Of a stretch of DNA of 64,000 nucleotides, positions 38,891 to 51,065 are shown one piece after another. Positions within the stretch are counted from its first letter, which is position 1; each line of letters opens with the position of its first letter. The notes below the pieces were generated by a model. That model was given only the letters and a program-made list of their open reading frames with translations. It ran no database searches and had not been told where the DNA came from. The translations under genes and the position numbers were made by a program. Source of the DNA: Octopus vulgaris. Lineage: Eukaryota. The stretch is from contig OX597818.1 of NCBI GenBank assembly GCA_951406725.2, forward strand, positions 129,332,001 to 129,396,000. Direction: 5' to 3'.

Positions 38891-40093
38891 CAGGGGTTGG
38901 ACAAAATAATGGAAACATCTTAAAATGTCAAGCAAATATATTTTAATATGGAGTAGGACTGCCTTTGGCAGTAATTAAAGCTTGAATTCTATGAGGCATG
39001 GGCTTGTACAAAAAATGAATTGTTTCCAAAGGAATTTTTGTCCATTTTCCTTCTAAAACAGTCTCCAGTTCTTGTAGTAATGATGGTGGAAGATATCGAC
39101 TCATTACTTGTTTTTCTAAAATGCACCATAAATGTTCAATAATATTGAGATCTGGGGACTCTGGTGACCAAGTTAAGATATTCAACTCACTACAAAGATT
39201 GCGTTTCCCTCCGGAAACAGTTTCACAACCCTAGGATGAATTTGATCTGATAACATGCTTAAACAGTATTGACTATTAATTCTACCATGAAGGGAAACCA
39301 TTAAGCTGGTAGATTTCCAAGATATAGCCCCCCACCCCAACGATCATTACAGATCCTCCTCCATGTTTAACAATTGGAAGAAGACAGTCTGGGTCAAATG
39401 CTTAGTTTTGGCTGTCTCCACATGTATACTCAGCTGGTGGCTGGAAATAAAGTAAATGATGACTTGTTCAAGAAAATAACATTCTTTGACTCCTCTAGGG
39501 ACAAACTCTATAGATTTTTACTCCACTCTAAATGCTTTGCAATGTTTGATTTTGAAAGTAGTGGTTTTCTGATTGCAGCCTTCTCGTAAAATCTGGCTTT
39601 GTGCAGCTCTCGGCAAACAGTTTTTATGGAAACCAGGTTCTTGAAGTATTCATTGAGCTCTGCAGTGATATTGGGAACTGTACTTTTTTGATCCTTTCTA
39701 ACAATTTGCATAAGAGTCCAAAGGTCCCTATCTGAAAGTTTAGGTTTTCTTCTGGAGTTTTGTTTTGACGAGGAGGTTTTCCCCTCTTTCACAAAGGCTG
39801 TCATTACTTTCGAGACAGTACTTCTTGATACACCAAACATTTTGGCTGCTTTCATTACACTAGCGCCTGCCATACAAGCACCAACAATTTGACCTCTTTG
39901 AAAGTCTGATAGATCTGTCATTTTAATGAATTTTAATTATCTTTTTCTGATGATATCTGAGAAGAAACATATTAAGCAACACTAATAAGAAATCAGAAAG
40001 CATAAACATAATCAAGCTTTTGATGCTTTTATAGCTATGTCAACATTATGATGCTATGATGCTAGGTGTTTCCATTATTTTGTCCAACCACTG
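38891..40093 (-). mobile_element. Full-length decayed Tc1-like transposon
   Basis: TIRs caggggttggacaaaataatggaaaca / tgtttccattattttgtccaaccactg with TA on both sides; transposase MTDLSDFQRGQIVG...WSPESPDLNIIEHLW (39921 to 38943), frameshifted. Confidence 0.95.
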
Positions 40094-40359
40094 TATGTAT
40101 ATATATATGAATGAATATATATATATATATTGTTATATTTAGGAATGGTCATTTTGCCAGTTTAGCCAATAAAAACACATGCACTATATATTTGGTGTTA
40201 CTTTGCTTCAGCGTTATTTATTTTTTACATTAATTTTAATCTTATTTCGGCCAGAGTTCTTTTGTCACACTCCTGTGACCGCATCAGTGGTCCTTTGTTT
40301 TCTTCTTTGTGTCTCTCCTTACTAACCGTCAGCCATTTTGTATTTCAAATATATAAACA

Positions 40360-40396
<37 letters not shown>

Positions 40397-40529
40397 CACT
40401 AATATATTTTATACATAAATATATGGTTATATACAAACACACACATATATAAAAAGAGTATTGTCACCTGCTTGAAACCTTGTGACGAAGAAGTAAGATA
40501 GTAAAAATGGAAAGCTTACAATGTAAAAA

Positions 40530-40740
40530 AGGAATAAGTTTAATGGACTTTATATATTTTTGGCAAAAACACCCATCATCAGCCATAAACAGTCAAGATA
40601 TCTTGGTCTATTTAGATATTGGCCATGCTGGTTGTGGTTCAGATTTCAAAAATGTGATTCAGAAAAGTGGTGGTGCCACTACTTTTCTGATGGTGGGCCT
40701 TTGTGTCTGAAATATATAAAGGTTATTAATTTTATTTTCG
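40530..40740. mobile_element. Inverted repeat with degenerate hammerhead-like motifs in both arms
   Basis: Plus: cttttCTGATGGtgggc..gtctGAAAtataTAaagg. Minus: CTGATGAtgggtg..gccaAAAAtataTAaag. Central hairpin tcagaaaagtggtgg-tg-ccactacttttctga. Confidence 0.45.
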
Positions 40741-40856
40741 GCATTATGAGAAGCTACTCATCATTCCTATTTCCAATCTATATCCATATATATATATATA
40801 TATATATTTGTTTTCTAGTTTCAGCTCAGAGCTGCAGCCATGCTGATGCACCGCCG

Positions 40857-40913
<57 letters not shown>

Positions 40914-41033
40914 CACACATATTCATATATAAATATATATAAAATATGCATATATGTATATATATATATGTCCACATATTTATATATAAATATGCATGAC
41001 TATATATATATATATACATGCAAATATATATAC

Positions 41034-41096
<63 letters not shown>

Positions 41097-41164
41097 TGTA
41101 TATGCATTTATATATGTATACATATGAATATATGCATATGTATGTGTATGTGTGTATATGTATT

Positions 41165-41233
<69 letters not shown>

Positions 41234-41627
41234 GTGTGTATATATATATATATGTATGTATGTATATATATATATATACATATATCATTTATATATATAT
41301 ATATATATATGTGTGTATGTATGTATATATGTGTATGTATGTATATATATATATATATATATGATATGTGTATATCAGTACAAATGTTTGAAGGAGTGGG
41401 AATCACACCCATTGCCTTCCCCAAGACAACACCCCCCACTACCACCATAACCACCACAACATAACCATAAAGATAATAAAAAAAAAGACATGTACAAAAA
41501 TTACAAAGAAAAGAAGAGCTTATTGTTATGAATGGTCTCCATGGGGGAAAGAAGTGTTTGTATAATGCCTTGTCTATCTAAGAGATAAAGATTGGGAGAG
41601 ATGGGCGCTTGTAGTTAGGACGTGGAA

Positions 41628-41660
<33 letters not shown>

Positions 41661-42219
41661 ATGCAACAACAGAAAGAACAACAACATCACGCCCACCATC
41701 ATTCTGGACAAACCAGAGCCAGACAAAAGCTATACCCCCACCGCTGTTACTACCACGACCACCACAACTGACATTACCACCATGGACTTGGACAAACCAT
41801 CAACCCAGCTCCTAATCACCGCCGCCATGCGTCCACACACTAAATTTGCCCATTCACTCTGTATCTACCACCACCACCTCCACTACCACCGCCACCACGA
41901 CCACCGCTAATGCAGCCTCTGCCACCTCTATAACGGTAATTGCTGCCATCACCACCGCCGATACCATCAACAGCATGACTGCTGCAGCTTTGCTTATGAA
42001 TTGCCTCAGAAAATTAGAAATTACTGTCAAAACAGAAACTGCAGAAGGCAATATATAAAGTGATAACAGGAATAAAGGCACGGGGGATGGGCGGCCGTCT
42101 GAGTGTGTCTTGGGTATTGTATACATACATAGTTACATATATGTATAAACATGCACACATAAAATCTTGTGTATATATATATATGTGTGTGCGTGTCTAT
42201 AAAATGTCATATACATATA

Positions 42220-42450
42220 TATATATATATACAAATGTAAAATGACATATATATATATATATACAAATGTAAAATGACATATATATATATATATACAAAT
42301 GTAAAATGACATATATATATATATACAAATGTAAAATGACATATATATATATATATACAAATGTAAAATGACATATATATATATATATACAAATGTAAAA
42401 TGACATATATATATATGTGTGTGTGTGTGTATGTAAAATGACATATATAT
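42220..42450. repeat. Minisatellite: constant caaatgtaaaatgaca plus variable (TA)n, about 7 units
   Basis: Directly visible. Confidence 0.9.
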
Positions 42451-42785
42451 ATATATTAAATGTATATGTGTGTGTGTGTATGCATGTATAATGATATATA
42501 TATATATGTATGTAAAATTATATATTCTTATATATATATGTATATGAATGTATGTAAAATTATATATATGTATATATATATATGTATATGAATGTATGTA
42601 AAATTATGTATGTAAAATTATATATATATATACATATATGAATGTAAGTAAAATTATATATATGTATGTATATATATATATATATATACACATACACACC
42701 TATATGGAAATACTTATATGTATACACACGTACCTGTAAGTGTATTTCTGTGTATATACACACACGCAAATACCCATATATATGT

Positions 42786-42816
<31 letters not shown>

Positions 42817-42941
42817 TTATCTTACACATTGAGACTGGCATCCATCTCCACACCACTTCTAACCTATATCCCACTTTATCAGTTTATTTATTTCCTTTGA
42901 CAGTTTCTGTTTTGATAGGGATGTATCTATATCGGTTTAGG

Positions 42942-43010
<69 letters not shown>

Positions 43011-43012
43011 AC

Positions 43013-43345
43013 GTGGCTAGGTGATCTGAAGCTTGCTTCTCAATAACATGGGTCTGGTTTGAGTCCCTACTGTGTTCCTCCTCAGGCAAGTTTCTTCAGC
43101 TATAGCCCCAAGCTGACCGAGGCCTTATGAGTGGATTCTTTAGATGGAAACTGAAATATCATATATATATATATATATATACACACATATTGATATATCT
43201 CTGTGTTTGTGTGCTTGAATCCCATCACTGTTTGATAAAATAAGCACCAGGCTTTAAAAAAAAATGTACTGGGGTCAATGTGCTTGACTAAACCCTCCAA
43301 GTTTTGCTCCAGCATGGCCATAGTGCAGTTACTGAAAGAAGTAGA
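43013..43345 (+). mobile_element. Older SINE copy (32103 family)
   Basis: Diverged head and ctccagcatggcc tail. Confidence 0.7.
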
Positions 43346-43378
43346 AGATATATTTGTATGCACACACACACAGACAAA

Positions 43379-43560
43379 GATATATATGGCTGATTTATTG
43401 GATTACCCAGGGTTTCTTTTCTATAATGTGCTTAGCTTTACAGCATTGGCCTAAAGAGAGGGCAGAGGCCAACAGGTTTAGAGTCTGAAGAAATGCTGTA
43501 AAGCTAAGAGCTGTATGGACATGAAACCCAGGGTAACCCCATAAACTGGCCATATCTATC
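43379..43560. mobile_element. Inverted repeat with a hammerhead-like motif in the right arm
   Basis: Arms at 43379-43448 and 43492-43560; gagt-CTGAAGA-aatg..cat-GAAA-cccaggg-TA-accc. Confidence 0.55.
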
Positions 43561-43832
43561 TTTAACTATATACTCTACTACTCTATAACTTAGAGTGTGC
43601 TTCCTTTTTGGATTTATGATTTACTGATGTAGTAAGAGGAGCAAGAGCACATGCAAAAATGAAAAGGGTTGCTGAAGAGGTCACAGATGTGTGATGAAAG
43701 ATTTCCAGACAATGGATGTGAGTTGAAATTTTAAAAAAAGTAAGAACAGTAATAAACGAGTGAAGAACAAATATATAGTGCGTGTGTTTATTTGGCAAAA
43801 AATGACCATGCACCCTCCCACACACACATATA

Positions 43833-44668
43833 TCTATATATATAAAACTCAACTTGTGTGTCTGTGTGTGTATCCGTGTGTGTGTTTGTGTGTTAAACTT
43901 CCCGGCACATCTCCTCCTAGCCAACAAATCGTAGAACCACCAAAAATGGGTCACTTAAAGTTTAGGCGAATGAAAATTGAACTGCGCTATTTCTGTTCCG
44001 AAATTCATCTCGCAAGTGCAAAAATCGATAATGTGTTTGTTTAGGCCTTATCCCATGCATTGAATAGTGAACTTTACTCAGTCAGCTGTTTGATGTGAAC
44101 TGTGTTCACCACGCATGCAAGCATGCGTAAATTGCATGAAAAATAAAAAAATCAAGATATAAAAATGAATCGCCGTAAACATTGTAGAAATTCGGCAAAG
44201 AAATGAATTTTCGGGATGTTGCCTGGAGGGTTTTTTCGTATTAATCATTTGGAATTTGTGAACACATACCAATTGTTTTCATAACATTTTTAACGCTTTG
44301 AATTAAATGTGACCATTTTGCGTTGAGTCTGCAGTTTGAATCACTTTAACCAAATTTTAGCAGCCGGATTTTTGATCATCATGATACATCGCCAGCGACT
44401 CCCTGAAACTCTCCCCTGAAATTCCCGTTGAGAAATACTGATCTAAAAGAATAATTCAACAATGCAATTATTTGATCAGCAAAAATTTATGAAACGCTTC
44501 TACGTACTTCCTATTGAGGAAATGGAACACATAAGCGCAAAAATAGAGGGCATTAAATGCTTGATTTTAAAACCAAAATAATTGAATTTTGATTGAACTT
44601 CATCCAAGTTTAGCTTAATTCGCGTGTGCATAGAACGCATGAGCGCACAAGTCGGGGAATACTGCTAG
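43833..44668 (+). mobile_element. Non-autonomous Helitron
   Basis: A|TCtatatatataaaactcaacttgtg...aatactgCTAG|T; both ends resemble those of the 3755-4142 unit. Confidence 0.85.
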
Positions 44669-44840
44669 TATATATATATATATATATATATGTATAAAAA
44701 AATACAAACTGGGACAAGAACGCAAAACATTTAGAAGACGATACAAAAAACACGGATGGGACATTCGAAGCCTTCAATCTTCAGTCAAGAACCGGACCAT
44801 CCTTGCAATTTCGGCTGATTAATCTTGATTAATCCATATA

Positions 44841-45317
44841 TCATCATCATCATCATCATCATCGTTTAGCGTCCGTTTTCCATGCTAGCATGGGTTGGAC
44901 GGTTCTACTGGGGTCTGTGAAGCCAGAAGGCTTCATCAGGCCCAGTCAAATCTGGCAGTGTTTCTACGGCTGGATGCCCTTCCTAACGCCAACCACTCCG
45001 AGAGTGTAGTGGGTGCTTTTTACGTGCCACCCGCACAGGTGCCAGACAGAGCTGGCAAACGGCCACGAACGGATGGTGCTTTTTATGTGCCACCGGCACG
45101 AGGGCCAGGCGAGGCTGGAAACGGACACGAAACGGGGCGGTGCTGGCAACGGTCACGAAACGGAAGGTTCTCTTACATGCCACCGGCACTGGTAACACAT
45201 CTGCAATTTCCATTGATCGATTTCAATTCTGATCCTCACTTGCCTCAACGGGTCTTCACAAGTAGAGTTTCGACATGCCACCGGCACTGGTAACACATCT
45301 GCAATTTCCATTGATCG

Positions 45318-45323
<6 letters not shown>
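44841..45323 (-). mobile_element. RTE-LINE 3'-UTR fragment with a duplicated 50-bp block at its 5' junction
   Basis: Homologous to 11062-11800; 45175-45224 is repeated at 45273-45323. Confidence 0.9.
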
Positions 45324-45366
<43 letters not shown>

Positions 45367-45952
45367 ATGTGTGTGTGTATGTGTGTGTGTGTGTACATAC
45401 AAAGATATATATGTATCATTATCTTCATCACAATTTTAACATGCATTATCCTATGCTAATGTTTTTTTAAAGCAATAAGGGTGTAATTTCAGGGAAACTT
45501 GGCTGCTTTTTCTTGGTGAACAAGCAACCATAAAGAAGCATTCTCATGGGATCTAATAATGGTGGTGACAGTATTCAGCATTCCCTGTAATGATAATAGT
45601 GGTGATGGTGGTTTAGGTCGTATCAGTGTTACTGAGGTTAGTGTTTGGTGTGCTGTTGGATCTGATGGTGGCGGTAGTGGTGTTTGTAGTTGTTATTGTC
45701 ATATCATCATTGTAGTTGGTATTTAGTCTTAGTTCAACCATGATTGAACAAACCTATTACCAATGGTACTCCTGTCTTGACCATCCCATGTTTCTGTATA
45801 TGTACAACATAGTCCAACATGTTTGGCTTCATTTAAGACAAAGCATAAGGTGTTTCTTTGAGTGAATGCAGTTTTTATTTCTAGCAGGGCTCTGTTATGA
45901 TAGTGGTGTTGGATGAAGAAAGTGGTAGTGTTTGTATGAGTAGTAGTAAATG

Positions 45953-46250
45953 GCTCCCTTGATCATGGATGACCATGGGATTGCACCTAGAAATTACCCC
46001 TCCAAGACATGAGTCCGGGCAAAGGTTGTTTTATGGAAGTACAGCACACCACCAATGTTATCCAAGGAAAAGGCAAATGTTGATACAGCTTGGCTCCAGT
46101 GACATTGCAACTCATATCTACATCTGAGTGAACTGGAGCAATGTGAAATAAAGTGTCTTGCTGAAGAACGCAACACACAGCCCGGTCCAGAATTGAACTC
46201 ACTACTTCATAATTGTAAGTCTGACACTCTAACCAATGAGCCATGTGCCC
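45953..46250 (-). mobile_element. tRNA-derived SINE (CORE-like body, distinct tail)
   Basis: Head and body as in 56466-56778; different 3' tail. Confidence 0.7.
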
Positions 46251-46306
46251 TGACTTATGAGAAGTAGTGATAGTAGTGGTGTGGTTGTTATTGTGGTTGT
46301 CACTGT

Positions 46307-47092
46307 GTGAAGTACATGGCTTAATGGTTAGGGTATTCAGCTTACAATTGTAACATTGTGAGTTCAATTCTGAGCAGAACATTGTGTCCTTGAGCAAGAC
46401 ACTTTATTTCACATCGCTCCAGTCCACTCAGCTGGCAAAAATGAGTTGTACCTGTATTAATGGACAGCCATTTCACATTCTGTGTCACGCTAAAACTACC
46501 TGAGAACTACATTTAGGGTACACGAGGGGGCAGCCACCATGTATGTATGTATGTACACTATGATTCATTTTTAATACCATTAGTATTCATAAATAAGCAC
46601 ATGTGTGGCAAGTAGCTTGCTAACCAACCACATGGTTCCGGGTTCAGTCCCACTGCGTGGCATCTTGGGCAAGTGTCTTCTGCTATAGCCCCAGGCCAAC
46701 CAATGCCTTGTGAGTGGATTTGGTGGACGGAAACTGAAAGAAGCCTGTCGTATATATGTATATGTATGTGTATGTGTTTGTGTGTCTGTGTTTGTCCCCC
46801 TAGCATTGCTTGACAACCGATGCTGGTGTGTTTACATCCCCGTCACTTAGCGGTTCGGCAAAAGAGACCGATAGAATAAGTACTGGGCTTACAAAGAATA
46901 AGTCCCGGGCTCGATTTGCTCGACTAAAGGCAGTGCTCCAGCATGGCCGCAGTCAAATGACTGAAACAAGAAAAAGAGTAAAAGAGTAAGAGTGTCTGTG
47001 GAGTGCTCAGCCTCTTACACGTTAATTACATAAGCAGGCTCTTTCATTGATCGGATCAACTGGAACCCTCGCCATCATAACCGACAGAGTGC
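46307..47092 (+). mobile_element. SINE split by a chimeric insertion (46524-46992)
   Basis: The host reads ..gggtacacg|tgtctgtggagtgctcag.., which is contiguous at 50225-50250. Confidence 0.85.
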
Positions 47093-47940
47093 CTGTGTTA
47101 TTGTGTTGGTGGTGAAAAGGTCAGTAGTTATATAACTGACAGAGAATTGATGCTGCTTCCATAGTCCTGCTGATGTGGGCATCACCACACTACACAACAC
47201 CTCACAACAGAATATAACACCACACAATGCCACACACTTTATCAAGAAGTGTGATGGTGTTGGTGGTGGTGGTTGGGGCTGAAGTGTGGCATTCATATGG
47301 TGTGGTGGATGTGAGGAGATGTGTGGTTTTGGTGTGGTGCCACGGGTGGGGTAGCTGTATATATAGCGAGATGGGTGGAGCAGAAACAAAGGGGGTGAGC
47401 AAGTTGGTAATGTCATGGAATAAAGCCTTACATTTTGCAATTGATTTTATTTTTCAATTATCATCTATAAAAACACCATCTCCACCACTAAAAGAAACAC
47501 TGTCCTCAGACGTTTTCTCCTGGTTTATGTAACATATTATTATGTAATAATATCTATTATCTTGAAACTTTTGTAGTGCCCCAGCATGGCCACAGCCTCT
47601 GGCTGAAGCTGGTAATAGAATAAAAGACCACATGTATTCTTCTCTAATTCTAATTGTAGAACATTTCATTAAAAAATATCCATTTTCCTAGAAGTTCTGC
47701 GGAAACAAAGTTGGTGGGGCACATTTGTGTATGTAACAACATTTACATTTAATTATATAACTGCATGCTATATATAAACAAAGAATATACTTCTTTTGTT
47801 TGGTTTTCATCCAAAGAGTGACAATAATGTGAATGAGATGAGTTCAATTTTTCACTACATGTAAATGTAAATATAATAGTATTCACAATAATATTGTACT
47901 TATTTATGAATACTAATTGTATTAAAAATGAATCATAGTG

Positions 47941-48165
47941 TACATACATACATATATGGTGGCTGCCCCCTCGTTATCGGGTATGGCCATTGCACGAAGC
48001 TTAATCAATGTTGTTATCGTGCAATGCCTGTGCAAGAAGATTTTTTTTAAAAGTGAGTAAAGACTGTGCTCTGAGTCAATCCTACTCACTAAGCAACAGC
48101 AGCCGTAATCCGAAAAGAAGAACAAGTCAACATCAAAGGTAACCACTGAGTTACCTTCATACAGA
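47941..48165 (-). mobile_element. Probable retroposon 3' end with stem-loop and (TATG)n tail
   Basis: Hairpin cattgcacga..tcgtgcaatg, then ..gagggggcagccacc and a TATG repeat on the minus strand. Confidence 0.5.
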
Positions 48166-48442
48166 TTAAAGTTTATTGGCAGTATTTAGGTTGTATTTTT
48201 TCATTGCTTTATAAATGCACATTCTTTTAACATAAATGCATTTCACCTTATAGCGCTATTTTACATTTTCCATTATTGATGTTTCAGTTTCATTCATGTA
48301 TGTCTTGCCAGCATTCTTACCACATGCAGGCCATATGTATACGTATGAATTTACATTATAAGAATAGATCATAAATGATATTAAACCAGTGTAAAACATG
48401 CTCATTTAATGATAGTATCTTCACACTATTGTGTGTGTGTGT

Positions 48443-48670
48443 GCGAGCTGGCAGAATCTTTTGCATGCCGGGCGAAATGCTTAGTGGTATTTCGTCTGCG
48501 TTACGTTGTGAGTTCAAATTCCGCCGAGGTCGACTTTGCCTTTCATCCTTTCGGGGTCGATAAATTAAGTACCAGTTACGAACTGGGGTCGATGTAATCG
48601 ACTTAATACCTATGTCTGTCCTTGTTTGTTCCCTCTGTGTTTAGCCCCTTGTGGGTAATAAAGAAATAGG
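48443..48670 (+). mobile_element. SINE, Meta-domain type
   Basis: Core gcctttcatcctttcggggtcgataaattaagtaccag; B-box gagttcaaattcc; near-identical to 49320-49551. Confidence 0.85.
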
Positions 48671-48791
48671 TGTGTGTGTGTATGTTTGTGTATTGTTTAA
48701 TAAACAGAGTATATATTCTTTTATGAGCTACAAATAGTTTCATGTGATATGTCTGGTGCCTTCATGCAATCCTCAGTTTCATATATATATG

Positions 48792-49052
48792 CCAACCGCT
48801 CATCCTGGCGCAGCGCAATCACCGTGGGAGCAGGGACAGCCGAGGAGGGACGGATTCGGTCAGCGGAGCAGAAACGTCAGATGCATAAAGTCAGAGCCGC
48901 CTGCACCAGTAGCACTGCCCCTACCCACTTCTGCCCCACCTGTGGGAGGGGCTTCCTTGCCCGGATTGGCCTCACCAGCCACCTCCGGTCTCATGGCGGC
49001 AGTTCCATCAGATGATGTCAGTTGGTCATCTTCGAACCGAAGGACGAACATT
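48792..49052 (+). mobile_element. 3' end of a second RTE-type LINE with a C-terminal C2H2 finger
   Basis: WRSAITVG..KRQMHK..CPTCGRGFLARIGLTSHLRSH followed by a short 3' UTR; sits in (TA)n. Confidence 0.85.
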
Positions 49053-49319
49053 ATATATATATATAGTTTTTCTGCTGAAACTGAACCAAGTTTCACACTA
49101 CTTCAATCTTCAAGGTGTCCCCTGAAGATTGCAGTGATGAAACAAAATCTTAACCCCAGTTTCAATAAAAACCATATCCTGTACAAACATCCCTTTCTCA
49201 TTTGTTTGACATAAAACGTGTGTGTTTATGCATATGTATAAGGAGAGGGAGGGACAGAGAGACAGAAAGAGAGAGGGAAAGAGAGAGAGAGGAGGGGGAA
49301 GAGAGCGATTTAACAGAAA

Positions 49320-49551
49320 GGCGGCGAGCTGGCAGAAACGTTAGCACGCCGGGCGAAATGCTTAGTGGTATTTCGTCTGCGTTACGTTGTGAGTTCGAAT
49401 TCCGCCGAGGTCGACTTTGCCTTTCATCCTTTCGGGGTCGATAAATTAAGTACCAGTTACGCACTGGGGTCGATGTAATCGACTTAATACCTATGTCTGT
49501 CCTTGTTTGTCCCCTCTATGTTTAGCCCCTTGTGGGTAATAAAGAAATAGG
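49320..49551 (+). mobile_element. SINE, Meta-domain type
   Basis: As 48443-48670. Confidence 0.85.
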
Positions 49552-49953
49552 TATTAATTCATTTGCTTTTTCAGGTAATGAAGACTGCCCTGATCAACCT
49601 ACAGTGTTTTTCAAATTCTGTCTATAATGTTCCATATTTTCACATTCTTGGCAAGAGGGGGAGTCATTAGAGCATTGGACAAAATGCTTTATGGTGTTTC
49701 ATGCAGCTCTTTATATTTTGAGCTTAAATTCTGATTCCACAAAGATTAATTTTGCCTTTAATTTGTCTGGTGGTGGGGGTGGGGGTCAATAAAATAGAGT
49801 ACTAGTCAAACCCTGAGATTGATGGTACCATCTAGGCCTTACCCTCAAAATTGTTAACCTTGCACCTATATGAGACATCATCATCATCATCCTCATTGTT
49901 ATCATTAAATACCAGTTAAGTGGGGTTGATGTAATTGATTATCAACCACCTCC

Positions 49954-50342
49954 TGGGGAGGCGCAATGGCCCAGTGGTTAGGGCAGTGGACTCGCGGTCA
50001 TAGGATTGCGGTTTCGATTCCCAGACCGGGCATTATGAGTGTTTATTGAGCGAAAACACCTAAAGCTCCACGAGGCTCCGACAGGGGATGGTGGTGATCC
50101 CAGCTGTACTCTTTCACCACAACTTTCTCTCACTCTTACTTCCTGTTTCTGTTGTACCTGTATTTCAAAGGGCCGGCCTTGTCACTCTCTGTGTCACCCT
50201 GAATATCCCTGAGAACTACGTTAAGGGTACACGTGTCTGTGGAGTGCTCAGCCACTTACACGTTAATTTCACGAGCAGGCTGTTCTGTTGATTCGGATCA
50301 ACCGGAACCCTCGTCGTCGCAACCAACGGAGTGCTTCCATCC
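49954..50342 (+). mobile_element. Full-length tRNA-derived SINE flanked by 163-bp direct repeats
   Basis: A-box TGGCCCAGTGG and B-box GGTTTCGATTCC; direct repeats at 49791-49953 and 50343-50505. Confidence 0.92.
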
Positions 50343-50561
50343 AAAATAGAGTACTAGTCAAACCCTGAGATTGATGGTACCATCTAGGCCTTACCCTCAA
50401 AATTGTTAACCTTGCACCTATATGAGACATCATCATCATCATCCTCATTGTTATTATTAAATACCAGTTAAGTAGGGCTGATGTAATTGATTATCAACCG
50501 CCTCCAAAATTTCAGACCTTGTGCCTATAGTAAGAAAGAGTTATTATTACTATTATTGTTT

Positions 50562-51063
50562 TACTTCTCAGAGTGCTCAGTCTTGTTTGCTCTGGTTGAA
50601 TCTATGAGAGCGGACAGCAGCCTGTTGTTAGAGGTCTCGCAGGGTTTCTTTCCATTTGATATTTGGTTGTTAATTATGGTGGGAGATGTTTAACATCCAA
50701 GTACCAATCTAAAAATCCTAGTTGTCCTCATCTGCACAGTTTTGGGGGCTTGTTCTGCTCTCATGCCAATTCCAATTTCTGACATATTTCTCAAACTTGG
50801 TTGTTAGTGCTCCAAGTACCCCTACAACTACTGGAATGACAAGCACTCTCCTCACAGTCCACATTCTTGCAATTTCATCTTTTAGTAGTCCATACTTTTC
50901 AATCTTTTCTTATTCTTTGGCACATATGCATGCTTCCCCAGGTATTGCAAGATCTATAATCTTGGTTTCCTTTTTTCCTTCATCTACTACAACAATATCT
51001 GGTCTCTGAGCATTGATTAGGATGTCACAATTGGATTATAAAATCCCACAGTATCTTATATTC
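50562..51063 (-). mobile_element. R4/Dong-like RLE-domain 3' fragment (third family)
   Basis: Minus strand ..QRPDIVVVDEGKKETKIIDLAIPG..KIEKYGLLKDEIARMW..VIPVVVGVLG; the 3' end abuts a TAA-like tract. Confidence 0.8.
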
Positions 51064-51065
51064 AT

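Noticed and set aside
42220-42450. CRISPR-like repeat-spacer pattern
   Set aside because: The spacers are just (TA)n and the context is eukaryotic.
48749-49015. Host C2H2 zinc-finger gene exon
   Set aside because: A single finger preceded by WR..KR and followed by a short tail is the C-terminus of an RTE-type LINE.
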